A stretch of 64,000 nucleotides of DNA from an uncultured Spirochaetota bacterium (lineage in GTDB: Bacteria > Spirochaetota > Spirochaetia > SZUA-6 > Fen-1364). The position numbers were made by a program, and so were the translations under genes. How positions within the stretch are numbered: position 1 is the first letter of the stretch; each line of letters begins with the position of its first letter. Below are positions 10,361-19,456 of the stretch, piece by piece. The notes under the pieces were generated by a model. It searched no databases and was not told the DNA's origin. It saw only the letters and a list, made by a program, of their open reading frames with translations. The stretch is from NCBI GenBank assembly GCA_963820525.1, contig CAWGAA010000002.1, positions 640,001 through 704,000 on the forward strand. The letters run 5' to 3'.

Positions 10361-11407
10361 ATGGCAACCATGAACGCGGTCGTCTATTACGGAAAGGGAG
10401 ACGTCCGCTTCGAGAAGATCCCCGTCCCGGCCTGCGGCGACGGCGAGGTGCGGGTGAAAATAGACGCCTGCGCGGTGTGCGGCTCGGATCAGAAGACCTT
10501 CAACAACGGAAATCCCCGCATGAAGCCTCCCATCGCCATGGGACACGAGTTCACCGGCCTCATCGAAACGGTGGGGAAAGCCGTCAGCGGTTTTTCAATC
10601 GGGGAAAGAATCGTCATGGCCACCTCCATCTCCTGCGGGGAATGCGCGTACTGCAGGCGCGGGTGGAGCAACCTCTGCGTCAGGCTCAACCCCATGGGCT
10701 TTTCCTATCCCGGAGGCATGGCCGAATACGTGGTTGTGCCGGAGATAGCGATCAGAAACGGCCACCTCGTCAAAGTCCCCGCCGGTGTCGCGCCCGAGCA
10801 TGCCGCCCTGGCGGAGCCGGTGAGCTGCGCGGTGAACGCGGTGGAGAACTGCGGCGTCTCGAAGGGGGAGACCGTCGTGGTGCTTGGCGCAGGGCCCCTT
10901 GGCGTCATGAACCTCTTTGTCGCCAGGGAATACGGGGCGGGGAAAGCGATCCTCGGCCAGAGGGAAGGGAAAAGGTTCGAACAGGCGAAGGGTTTTCCGT
11001 GTGACAGGCTGGTGAATATGACGCGTGAGAACCTCCTGGAGGTCGTGCGCGAAGAAACAGGCGGCATCGGGGCGGACGTGGTCATCGTTGCAGCGCCCGA
11101 GGCGGGTGTCCAGGAGCAGGCGCTGGACATCGTCCGCAAGAAGGGCAGGGTCTGCCTCTTTGCATCGCTTCCCGTGGGAAAAAGCATGCTTTCCATTGAC
11201 AGCAGGAAAATCCATTACGGGGAGCTCTCCGTGATAGGAGCGTCGGACTCCACCCCACGGCAGGTCGAGAAGGCGGTTTCCCTCCTCGGCAGGAAGGACT
11301 TCCCCAAGGAGAAGCTGGCCCATCCGATCCTGAGAATGTGTGAGATCCATGAGGCGTTCCGGGTCATGGAGGCGCGGGACGGGATGCGGGTGGTCCTCAA
11401 GCCGTAG
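10361..11407 (+). CDS. Zinc-dependent polyol/sugar dehydrogenase (MDR, L-iditol 2-dehydrogenase-like)
   Basis: CGSD, GHE, structural Zn site CGECAYC...C, GAGPLG. Confidence 0.92.
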   Translation: MATMNAVVYYGKGDVRFEKIPVPACGDGEVRVKIDACAVCGSDQKTFNNGNPRMKPPIAMGHEFTGLIETVGKAVSGFSIGERIVMATSISCGECAYCRRGWSNLCVRLNPMGFSYPGGMAEYVVVPEIAIRNGHLVKVPAGVAPEHAALAEPVSCAVNAVENCGVSKGETVVVLGAGPLGVMNLFVAREYGAGKAILGQREGKRFEQAKGFPCDRLVNMTRENLLEVVREETGGIGADVVIVAAPEAGVQEQALDIVRKKGRVCLFASLPVGKSMLSIDSRKIHYGELSVIGASDSTPRQVEKAVSLLGRKDFPKEKLAHPILRMCEIHEAFRVMEARDGMRVVLKP

Positions 11408-11475
11408 AAGCCGCGGAGAATAAGGGCGGCGCGCTGGTTTTCAGCCGGCCTGCAGCGAGCATAGGGAGGGAGAGA

Positions 11476-12255
11476 ATGAGCGTTGATTTGAAGGGAAAGA
11501 CATGCGTGGTGACCGGCTCCGCGAAGAGCATTGGCCTTGCGATCGCTGAAATGTACGCGGGCCTGGGGGCGAGCGTCGCCATGATCGATCTTGACCCCGA
11601 GGTGATGACGCAGGCGAAGCGGCTTTCCCGGGAAGGGAAGGCCGTGCGGGGTTATGTCGTGGATATCACGGACCGGGCCGCGGTGCAGGCGTGTTTCGAT
11701 GGGATAGAAAAAGAGCTGGGGGATGTTTTTGCGCTGGCGAACGTCGCCGGTATCGTGGACCAGCAGCCGATTGAAGAGATCACCCCGGAGCGGCTCGACA
11801 GGGTGATGCGTGTCAACGTCAACGGGACCATCTGGCCCATCCAGGCGGCCCTCCGCACAATGAAAAAGCTCAAGGACGGCAGGATCATCAATTTTTCATC
11901 CAAGTCGGGAAAGACCGGCTCCGCCCTCATGTCCATATACTCGGGCGCCAAGGGTGCCGTCATGTCCATCACCCAGGCGCTGGCCTTCGAGCTGGCCGAG
12001 CACAACATCAAGATCAACTGTCTGTGCCCGGGGATCGTGGAAGAAACGGGAGTGTGGAGCGAGGTGAGCAAGGGCTACATTGAAAACCTCAAAATGCCAA
12101 AGAACGACGTGGTGAAGAAGTTCACCTCTAAGGTGCCGCTGGGGAGGCTTGCCCGAACCGAAGACATAGTCGCCTTCACGCGATTCCTCACCGTGGACGG
12201 AGACTACTGCACGGGACAGAGCTTCAACGTGAGCGGTGGAAGGGAAATGCACTAG
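11476..12255 (+). CDS. SDR resembling sorbitol-6-phosphate 2-dehydrogenase (SrlD-like)
   Basis: SSKSGKTGS...YSGAK, KVPLGR and YCTGQSFNVSGG match SrlD-type signature segments. Confidence 0.75.
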   Translation: MSVDLKGKTCVVTGSAKSIGLAIAEMYAGLGASVAMIDLDPEVMTQAKRLSREGKAVRGYVVDITDRAAVQACFDGIEKELGDVFALANVAGIVDQQPIEEITPERLDRVMRVNVNGTIWPIQAALRTMKKLKDGRIINFSSKSGKTGSALMSIYSGAKGAVMSITQALAFELAEHNIKINCLCPGIVEETGVWSEVSKGYIENLKMPKNDVVKKFTSKVPLGRLARTEDIVAFTRFLTVDGDYCTGQSFNVSGGREMH

Positions 12256-12283
12256 GCTCGGCGGCGGGCAGCGGAGAAGGATC

Positions 12284-13225
12284 ATGAAGAAGCGCGTCTT
12301 GGCCCTCGCATTTGTTATCGCCACGGTTGTGAGTGTAGCTGTCACAGCGAAGGGGAGGTCGGAAGCGGATATGGCGCAATCAAACGAGGAGCTGCGCAGG
12401 ATCTCTTACATCAGTGAGCTGGATGGCAAGGAACGGGATTTCTTTCTGTATATGCCGAGGGGATATGAGAGTGATGGCTCCAGACACTGGCCGGTCATCC
12501 TTTTCCTGCATGGGGACGGCGAGCGGGGAGACGGGAAAGAGGATCTGGACTATCTCCTGAAAAACGGTCCGCTCTATGAGGCATGGATCCAGAAGAGGGA
12601 TCTCCCGTTTCTCATCGTAGCGCCGCAGCTTCCCCTGTTTGGCAGGAACAATCCTGGCGGCCCACCGTACCTGGTCAATCGCACTCGGTCCGAGATCCCG
12701 CGGCGCCAGGCCATCGGCGTGCCGCCCCAGACCGAAGATTCGCGATCCCCAAAGCCCATGACCGGCGCCATTGCCGCTGGGGTCTTGCCCTCCAGCTTTG
12801 GCCCGCCGAACGGTTGGGAAAGGGTGGAGGCCGACGTGATGAGCATTCTGAACACCGTCTTGACGAGCTATCGCGCGGACTTCAAAAGAGTGTACCTTAC
12901 CGGTTTGAGCTATGGAGGCTTCGGAACGTGGTATCTGGCAAGCAGGCATCCCGACAAGTTTGCCGCCATATGCCCGATCTGCGGTTGGGGGCACCCCGAC
13001 CTCCTGCCGCCGATCGCCAAGGCCAAGCTTCCGGTTTGGGCGTTCTCCGGAGGCAAAGATGAGCTCGTGGAAACAAAGTACTTTTTCATTGGCTTTAACC
13101 GCCTTGTCGAGCTTGGCCACTCCCAAGTCCGCTTCACGACGGAGCAGGACATGGGGCACGACGTGTGGAACAGGATTTACGCCGGATCAGACATCTATCA
13201 GTGGTTTTTGGGTCAGTCGCGATAG
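12284..13225 (+). CDS. Secreted alpha/beta hydrolase (predicted peptidase/esterase, COG4099-like)
   Basis: Signal peptide MKKRVLALAFV; FLHGDGE; nucleophile elbow GLSYGG; D..V and GHDVW complete the triad. Confidence 0.85.
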   Translation: MKKRVLALAFVIATVVSVAVTAKGRSEADMAQSNEELRRISYISELDGKERDFFLYMPRGYESDGSRHWPVILFLHGDGERGDGKEDLDYLLKNGPLYEAWIQKRDLPFLIVAPQLPLFGRNNPGGPPYLVNRTRSEIPRRQAIGVPPQTEDSRSPKPMTGAIAAGVLPSSFGPPNGWERVEADVMSILNTVLTSYRADFKRVYLTGLSYGGFGTWYLASRHPDKFAAICPICGWGHPDLLPPIAKAKLPVWAFSGGKDELVETKYFFIGFNRLVELGHSQVRFTTEQDMGHDVWNRIYAGSDIYQWFLGQSR

Positions 13226-13252
13226 CAGAGAAAGAGTGCGGTCATGAGTCCT

Positions 13253-14551
13253 CTACCGCCAGATCGCGTAGAGCGTCAGGGACGCTGCCAGTGTGGTGAG
13301 CACGGTGAACGGCCCGCCCACCCTGAGCCACCGCGCAAAGCTCACGGAGCGGCCCTCCTTCTTGACCATGCCCACCGCCACTATGTTGGCGGAAGCGCCG
13401 AAGGGCGTAAGGTTCCCGCCCAGGCAGGATCCAATGAGCAGCCCGAACATGAGAAGCTCGCCGTTGACGCCCAGGGAGCGCGCCAGGCCGCTGGCCACGG
13501 GCAGCATGGCGATGATGTAGGGCACGTTGTCCACGAAGCCGGAGATCAACACGGACACGACCACCATGACCACGAAGCCCATGACGAGGTTACCCCCGAT
13601 GACGCCGGAGAGGAGGCCCGCCAGATCGTCCAGCAGACCGATGTCCGCGATGGCGCCGATCACGATGAAGACACCGATCAGGAAAAGGATGGTTTCCCAG
13701 TCCAGGCGCTTCAAGAGCTCTCGCGCTTTGGACAAGGGCTCCTGCCGCAACAGGAGAAACCATGCCAGGCCCAAGACGGCCAGAACCATGCAGAGGATGC
13801 CGGAGCTTGCGTGCAGACCTTCCGACGTAATAAAGGAAATCAGGGCCAGACCCATGATCATGGCAGCGAGAAGCGCCGTAGGTACCCAGGACACCACCTT
13901 CTCCACGGGGAGGTCCAGGTGAACCTTCGGGAGCTTCCGGAAGTAGCCGTAGAAGTAGAGGGCTCCCGCGATCGCGCCCACCTGGACCACGAAGAAAATG
14001 GACAGCCTTCCGCCGTATACGAAGAAATCGTTGAACCCGAAGCCCGCGTAGGATGCGAATATCATGGAGGGTGGGTCGCCCACCAGGGTGGCGGTGCCCT
14101 GCAGATTGGCCATGACCGCGAGGCCGATTATGAAGGGGGTCGGGTCGATCTTGACCCGACGGCAGATCTCCAGGGCGATGGGAGCCATGAGCATGACCGT
14201 GGCCACGTTTTCCACGAACGCGGAGACGAACCCCGTGATCACCAGGATCGCCACGATGGCGATCCCCAGCGTTGGAGAGCGGTCCACTACCTGGTCCGCC
14301 AGTGCCGCCGGCACGCGCGAATAGATGAATAGATCCGCGATCACCAGGCTGCCAATATAGATTGCAAGGATGTTCCAGTTCACGAGCTCGCCCAAGGCCC
14401 GGCCCACGGATACGGCACCCGAACCGGGGAACAGGATGCCCGCCGCGAGCGTCAAGGCGGCGGTGCAGAGCGCGATGATCGCCTTTTTCTGGATGAACAC
14501 GACGACCAGACCGTACATGACCAGGGCAACCACCAGGATGAATAGCTTCAC
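13253..14551 (-). CDS. Ion-transporter superfamily permease (ArsB/NhaD/SLC13/CitMHS-like)
   Basis: SAFVENVATV, ANLQGTATLVGDPPS, SGFVDNVP, GGNLTPFGASAN; GTG start 14551 after SD ggagga. Confidence 0.9.
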   Translation of the reverse strand: MKLFILVVALVMYGLVVVFIQKKAIIALCTAALTLAAGILFPGSGAVSVGRALGELVNWNILAIYIGSLVIADLFIYSRVPAALADQVVDRSPTLGIAIVAILVITGFVSAFVENVATVMLMAPIALEICRRVKIDPTPFIIGLAVMANLQGTATLVGDPPSMIFASYAGFGFNDFFVYGGRLSIFFVVQVGAIAGALYFYGYFRKLPKVHLDLPVEKVVSWVPTALLAAMIMGLALISFITSEGLHASSGILCMVLAVLGLAWFLLLRQEPLSKARELLKRLDWETILFLIGVFIVIGAIADIGLLDDLAGLLSGVIGGNLVMGFVVMVVVSVLISGFVDNVPYIIAMLPVASGLARSLGVNGELLMFGLLIGSCLGGNLTPFGASANIVAVGMVKKEGRSVSFARWLRVGGPFTVLTTLAASLTLYAIWR

Positions 14552-14579
14552 GGTGATCCTCCAAGATCCGAGGCGTTTT

Positions 14580-14685
14580 GCTACGGTCTTGCCTATCCGT
14601 GGTGGATTGGAACAGCCGGAAACCCTTGGGTTCCGTGTTGACGACTTGTTCTTCCGCTTTGGGCGGCAGGCTACTCCCCGCTGGC
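14580..14685 (-). ncRNA. yybP-ykoY manganese riboswitch
   Basis: Minus strand reads cGGGGAGUAGC...aacaaGUCGUCAACACGG aacc caa gggu uuCCGGC uguu...gGCAAGACCg, i.e. the conserved segments of the motif in order, in the 5' UTR of a transporter. Confidence 0.88.
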
Positions 14686-14842
14686 ACCCGACGATACCAC
14701 GCCTCGGCGCACGCCGCAAGGGATTCGGATGATAGTGTCCGGGAGCGGAGATCAAGCTCTATCCGTTGGACGTTATCGACAGGATCGCGGCCCAAGCGGG
14801 ATTGGCGGTCAGGTCGGGCAACTTGATTCCGGGTTATGATCT

Positions 14843-16096
14843 TTAATCCATCGGTATCCGAGCCTCAACGACAACGCCCGTCTCCACCGTGAAACCGGCG
14901 TCGCCGGAAGGCGCATTTTCATCCATGTCGCTTCGGGCGAGGCGGACGTGCTTTTCCTTTTCCAGTGCGGCCAGCAGCTCCGGCTTCGGTATGCCGGCCC
15001 ACTGATCCCTCTGGATCGTGGATGCCATCGCCCATGCGCCGTCAGGAAGGAGGCTCTCGACGAAGCTCCTGGGCGTGGCGTTCTCGCTTCCGTGGTGCCC
15101 GATCTTGTAGAACCGGGTTTGTTTTAAAATATCCGCCCATCTTGGGTCTTTCATCGCGGTTGTCCACGTTCCCCATTGCGCATCGCCTGCGAAGAGCAGG
15201 TGCGTGCCCGCCATTTCCAGAACGAGCATAAGGCTCGTCCCGTTGACGGCCTGATCGAGCGCCACCACGGCTTCGAGGTCCGAGAATTGCGTGGAGCTTC
15301 TGATTTTTTGCCTGTCCTCCTCGGGAAAGGATGCACCCGAAGGCTCTCCGTGCTCGATGAACTGTTCCGCGAATGGGGCCCTGGGCTTGCCCGTCTCGTC
15401 GAGCGCGGCGGCATTGAGCCGCAGGTAGGTTTCCCCCTTCGGAGGCAGCATGTCGCGAATCACGTCCTTGTTCCGGGAAGGGCCCAGCGCGTGAATCGTA
15501 ACGCCGGGAAGGGCCTTTGATTCAAAGCTGCGCTCCGCTGGATCCTCGGCCGGGAGGAATCGCCTCCGCGCGCGGCCCTTGAACCCCGAATGAAGGGTGC
15601 GCATCGCCTTCTCGTTGGTGAGCGCGTTGCTCACCATCTCGGCAAACGCAGCCTCCACGGGATTTCCCGCCGCTGCTTTCGCCTGGAGAGAGGCGCTCAA
15701 GGCGAGGGCAAGCCTGCTCTGAGTCTCGCGGATCTCCCGCGCCTGCGGATCCGTCGGATCCTCGGTCCACGGAAGCCAGACCTCGCCTACCTCAACGCTT
15801 GCCCAGATGCCTTCCTCGAAACCCGAGACGTGGTCGCGATGCCGATGGGTGACCACCACGACGTCGATGCGAGGGACCCCGTCCGTCGAGGTGGCGTCCT
15901 TCACTATCCTGCTCACAACCTCGGACAGATTCCGTCCGGGAGCCGGGGCGATTGTCCCGCAGTCGAAGAGGATCCGTTTCACCCCGTCATCCGCCGGGAC
16001 GGTGACCAGGAATGCATCGCCGAAGCCGACATTGTACATTCGTACCGAGACGTGACGGGAATCTGCGCCATGGGCTGAAATCGAATGTTTTGACAT
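14843..16096 (-). CDS. Standalone MBL-fold metallo-hydrolase (ComEC/Rec2-type nuclease-like domain)
   Basis: NVGFGDAFL, ILFDCG, THRHRDH (HxHxDH), NGTSL, LLFAGDAQ, KIGHHGSENAT; no signal peptide or TM segment. Confidence 0.88.
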   Translation of the reverse strand: MSKHSISAHGADSRHVSVRMYNVGFGDAFLVTVPADDGVKRILFDCGTIAPAPGRNLSEVVSRIVKDATSTDGVPRIDVVVVTHRHRDHVSGFEEGIWASVEVGEVWLPWTEDPTDPQAREIRETQSRLALALSASLQAKAAAGNPVEAAFAEMVSNALTNEKAMRTLHSGFKGRARRRFLPAEDPAERSFESKALPGVTIHALGPSRNKDVIRDMLPPKGETYLRLNAAALDETGKPRAPFAEQFIEHGEPSGASFPEEDRQKIRSSTQFSDLEAVVALDQAVNGTSLMLVLEMAGTHLLFAGDAQWGTWTTAMKDPRWADILKQTRFYKIGHHGSENATPRSFVESLLPDGAWAMASTIQRDQWAGIPKPELLAALEKEKHVRLARSDMDENAPSGDAGFTVETGVVVEARIPMD

Positions 16097-16098
16097 GG

Positions 16099-17967
16099 CT
16101 ATCCTCGGTGCAGCGCGGAGAAGTTGGCGAGCGCCGCGATGCGGTTTGAGTGTTCATCCGGGCTCATGTAAGGGGTGTTCGCGTTCATCGCATCGGCCAT
16201 GGCGACGAAACGCCGCTGCCGGCAGTATCTCGCGTCCGCGGCTTGAGCCATCTGGGCAATGCCGGAGCGATCGAAGGGCTTGGTGATCACGTAGCGGACC
16301 ATGCCCTCGGCCGATGCAATGATGGTTGCTCCGCCCCGGAACGGCACACCGCCGAACCTCTGCCGCTCGCCGGCGTCCTGTTGGGCGAACTGCGCCACAA
16401 GCTCTATCAGCAGCCGGCCGTTGGGCGCCACGCGGAACACGGGATGGAATCCGCGAACCTGGATCTTTCGAGGCGGCGTGGGGTCGAACCCGAGCGCCTG
16501 TGCGTTCGCTTGAGCGTACTGGGCGAGCTGACGCGCGAACTCCTCGTTCAAGTCGAGCTGGAATTCCTCTCCCTGGTCCTCCGAGGTGTACTGTGCGGGT
16601 GAGGCGAGCGCGGAGGGAAGCGTGTAGCTGGACGGAGATTCCCACCCGCCCGTATCGAATGATCTGATGGCCTGGAAAAAAACGTCTTGGAGAAGGGCCA
16701 CCGCCTCCGTTCCGATGGGTGGAAGAGGAGGGGAAGGAGTGGGCCAGAGCAGGGACTCCTCGGCCAGGGACGATACCCCATCGGGATAGATGCCGCGAAG
16801 GCGGAATGCCTCGATCATGGCGTCGCGCAGGTCGGGATCGTCCTGGATCAGCTCGTAATCCGCGGTGACAAGGGCGCGCAGGAAGTCTCCAAAGGTGACG
16901 TCCACGGGCGGCAGATACTCGAAGGCACGGATGCACATATCCACCACGCGCTGGGCCGTCTTCGCCGCCTCGGAGGCGATCCTGTTCACGAGATCGGGAT
17001 GGAGGTCACCTGAGGGAAGCTGGCCGGTGCCGCCGGTGGCGATGCGGATGAGGTCGTAGATCCGCTTCTGGTACGCCTTGTGATAGCCGTCGAACACCGC
17101 AGCCACAAGGACGGAGCCCCTGTCGTGCGGCTCCAGAAGCGAATCTGAAAGCTTCGTGCCGGGGGCATCGAGTGCGGAGCGCAGCGCCTTGCCGCTTCCT
17201 GTCGCGTAGCCGAACTGGCGGGCCAGCTCGATCAGAGGCTTCGCGGTTCTGATGTCGCTTCGCGTCCTCTGGATATGCTCGCGCAGGATGTCGGGGTAGG
17301 AGAAGTGCTGGAACAGGGCCACGATATCGGCGAATCCCTCATGGAAGGCCAGGACATCCTCGTTGGTCGGCTCGAGGAAGAGCGGCCGCAGGCGGTCCAC
17401 CAGGGCATGGGTCATCTCGTGGGTGATAATGTCGTGCGAGAGGCAGGTGAACACGGTCTGGCCCGGGAGGTTGGCCCCGGGATTGGCGGCGTCGGCATGG
17501 AAGTAGCCGAAGAGGATGGCGTTGAGGTCCCGCGAGTAGAAAGCGTTCGCCCCATAGAATGCATGGGGCAGGAGCCGCAGCTTCCTGTAGGATGAGGCTC
17601 TGCGGCCGACTCCGCTCATCCGCGTGGGATGGCCGAGGGCGCGATCGAAGTTCTCCAGCGTCTTCATCGCCACGGCGTATACCATCTGCTGGTGGAACCT
17701 CGGATCCGACTCCGAAGGCTCGAGGCCGCCCTGCATGAGAACGGCGGCGTTGTTCAGGTCCACGGACTGGTAGAAGCAGTCGCGGGCCCCGTCGTAGTCG
17801 ATGACCTCCAGCCGGGGGCCAACCGGCCCGGGCACGAGGTTCTCGTTGGCCACGTCGATATGGGCGCGGTTTCCGTACGTGCGGCCGAGAAGGGGATCCG
17901 ATGCGAAAATTTTAAGCGGGCGTCGGACGGCCTGGGCTACTCCCTGGATCGGGACCGGTCGCTGCAT
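16099..17967 (-). CDS. Cytoplasmic thermolysin-like (M4/M36-like gluzincin) metallopeptidase
   Basis: NAFY, HEMTH (HExxH), third ligand in FHEGFADI, EPH at the thermolysin His-equivalent position; RBS aaaggagg; no signal peptide. Confidence 0.85.
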   Translation of the reverse strand: MQRPVPIQGVAQAVRRPLKIFASDPLLGRTYGNRAHIDVANENLVPGPVGPRLEVIDYDGARDCFYQSVDLNNAAVLMQGGLEPSESDPRFHQQMVYAVAMKTLENFDRALGHPTRMSGVGRRASSYRKLRLLPHAFYGANAFYSRDLNAILFGYFHADAANPGANLPGQTVFTCLSHDIITHEMTHALVDRLRPLFLEPTNEDVLAFHEGFADIVALFQHFSYPDILREHIQRTRSDIRTAKPLIELARQFGYATGSGKALRSALDAPGTKLSDSLLEPHDRGSVLVAAVFDGYHKAYQKRIYDLIRIATGGTGQLPSGDLHPDLVNRIASEAAKTAQRVVDMCIRAFEYLPPVDVTFGDFLRALVTADYELIQDDPDLRDAMIEAFRLRGIYPDGVSSLAEESLLWPTPSPPLPPIGTEAVALLQDVFFQAIRSFDTGGWESPSSYTLPSALASPAQYTSEDQGEEFQLDLNEEFARQLAQYAQANAQALGFDPTPPRKIQVRGFHPVFRVAPNGRLLIELVAQFAQQDAGERQRFGGVPFRGGATIIASAEGMVRYVITKPFDRSGIAQMAQAADARYCRQRRFVAMADAMNANTPYMSPDEHSNRIAALANFSALHRG

Positions 17968-18111
17968 GGCCGTGCCTCCTTTAAACCTTTTCTATCGAAC
18001 TTTCGCTCGGAGCATACCAACAAACGGGAAAAAGCGAAAGAGGCCATGAGTGAATTGAGGGATCTGCCGCCGCCTGGTATACTCCCCCGGTGTGAAAGCG
18101 GGGTGAATGCC

Positions 18112-18753
18112 ATGAAAAACGGTCTCAAACGTTTATTCGCTTCAGGCGTGCTCCAGACGGGATGGATCAACGCAGCAGCCTGCGTCGTGCTTGCCGTCGG
18201 CGTATATTTCTCCAGCACGATCTATACGGGGCTGAACCATGGCCCGGCCGTGCTCCACCTTCAAACGGCCATCGACAGGGCTCTTCCCGTGGTACCCATC
18301 TTCGTCATTCCCTACGTCTCCCTGGAGCCCTATATCTATTTCAGCCTTGTTGTATTTCTCATATTCCGCACGCGAACCTTTCAATCAGCGTGCCTGGCCA
18401 TGATCGTGACATTCTTCGTAAGCTACTTCTTCTACTACTTCCTCCAGACCGAGGTGATTCGACCGGTCTTGACCGCCAACGATATGCTCACCCGCATGAT
18501 CCGGGACGTGTATGCCGGGGACAACCCGTTCAACGATTTTCCCAGCCTCCATACCTCGACATCCACGATCATCGCCATCCACTGGTTCCGCCTGGACCGG
18601 CGTCTGGGCATCGTGGCCGCCGCGTGGACTGCGCTCATCGTGGCCTCCACGGTTCTCGTCAAGCAGCATTACATCGCGGACCTCGGAGCCGGCCTCCTGC
18701 TCGCCTTTGCCGCTTCGCTTCTTTTCATGAGGCTGCTGCCGCAGAAGCGCTGA
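18112..18753 (+). CDS. PAP2-superfamily membrane protein (PAP2_3/AUR1 IPC-synthase-like)
   Basis: RP...D.PFNDFPSLH and STVLVKQHYIADL motifs; several TM helices. Confidence 0.8.
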   Translation: MKNGLKRLFASGVLQTGWINAAACVVLAVGVYFSSTIYTGLNHGPAVLHLQTAIDRALPVVPIFVIPYVSLEPYIYFSLVVFLIFRTRTFQSACLAMIVTFFVSYFFYYFLQTEVIRPVLTANDMLTRMIRDVYAGDNPFNDFPSLHTSTSTIIAIHWFRLDRRLGIVAAAWTALIVASTVLVKQHYIADLGAGLLLAFAASLLFMRLLPQKR

Positions 18754-18908
18754 GCGCCGCGCGCTCGAAACGCGCTCGTTTCGACGGCGGGCGGCTCCGC
18801 GCACCTGGAGCGCGCCCTTTCTAGCCGCGCCCGCGCCCCTGGGCGCGAGGGCTCCAACCTCGTTTGCCTTCCCATCCCGCCATGGGTACCTTGTTCACGG
18901 AGGAACCA

Positions 18909-19454
18909 ATGAGAGCATACTCTTCTGTTGCGGCGGATACGGCTGAAAAACCGTCCACGACATTCTATGATTTTTCCCTATACGACATCGATGGCAAACC
19001 CGTTTCGCTGGCCCACTATCGGGGCAAGGTGCTCCTTGTCGTCAACGTTGCCAGCAAGTGCGGGTTCACGTATCAATACGCGGCCCTCGAGGAGCTGTAC
19101 AAAAAATACCGCGGGAGCGGGTTCGAGGTTCTGGGCTTCCCCTCCAACGACTTCCTCGGCCAGGAACCGGGGAGCAACGAGCAGATCAAGGAGTTCTGCA
19201 GCCTTTCCTTCGGAGTGAGCTTTCCCCTGTTCGCCAAGATCTCGGTCCGGGGAAGAAAGATCCATCCCTTCTATCGATTTCTCACGGATAAGAAGGAGAA
19301 CCCGGGCTTCGGCGGGCCGATAAGCTGGAACTTCAACAAGTTCCTCATCGACCGCGACGGGCGGATAGTTGCCCGCTTCGGCAGCCGTGACGAACCCATG
19401 AGCGAGAAAGTCACGGCGATGGTTGAGCAGTCCCTGGAACCGGAGATCGGCTGA
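18909..19454 (+). CDS. Glutathione peroxidase family protein (Cys-type)
   Basis: VNVASKCGFT, GFPSNDF..QEPG, WNFNKFL; ATG 18909 after ggagga. Confidence 0.95.
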   Translation: MRAYSSVAADTAEKPSTTFYDFSLYDIDGKPVSLAHYRGKVLLVVNVASKCGFTYQYAALEELYKKYRGSGFEVLGFPSNDFLGQEPGSNEQIKEFCSLSFGVSFPLFAKISVRGRKIHPFYRFLTDKKENPGFGGPISWNFNKFLIDRDGRIVARFGSRDEPMSEKVTAMVEQSLEPEIG

Positions 19455-19456
19455 TC

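Noticed and set aside
14843..16096. MBL protein as the missing nuclease domain of the ComEC at 43907-45397
   Set aside because: It lacks an export signal, lies about 28 kb away, and is tightly coupled to the metallopeptidase instead.
18755..18850. GC-rich palindromes after the PAP2 gene (tcgaaacg-cgct-cgtttcga)
   Set aside because: Single-copy hairpin without a U-tract; not seen repeated elsewhere, so not called a REP or MITE.
18909..19454. Selenocysteine glutathione peroxidase
   Set aside because: The active-site codon is TGC (Cys) and there is no in-frame TGA.
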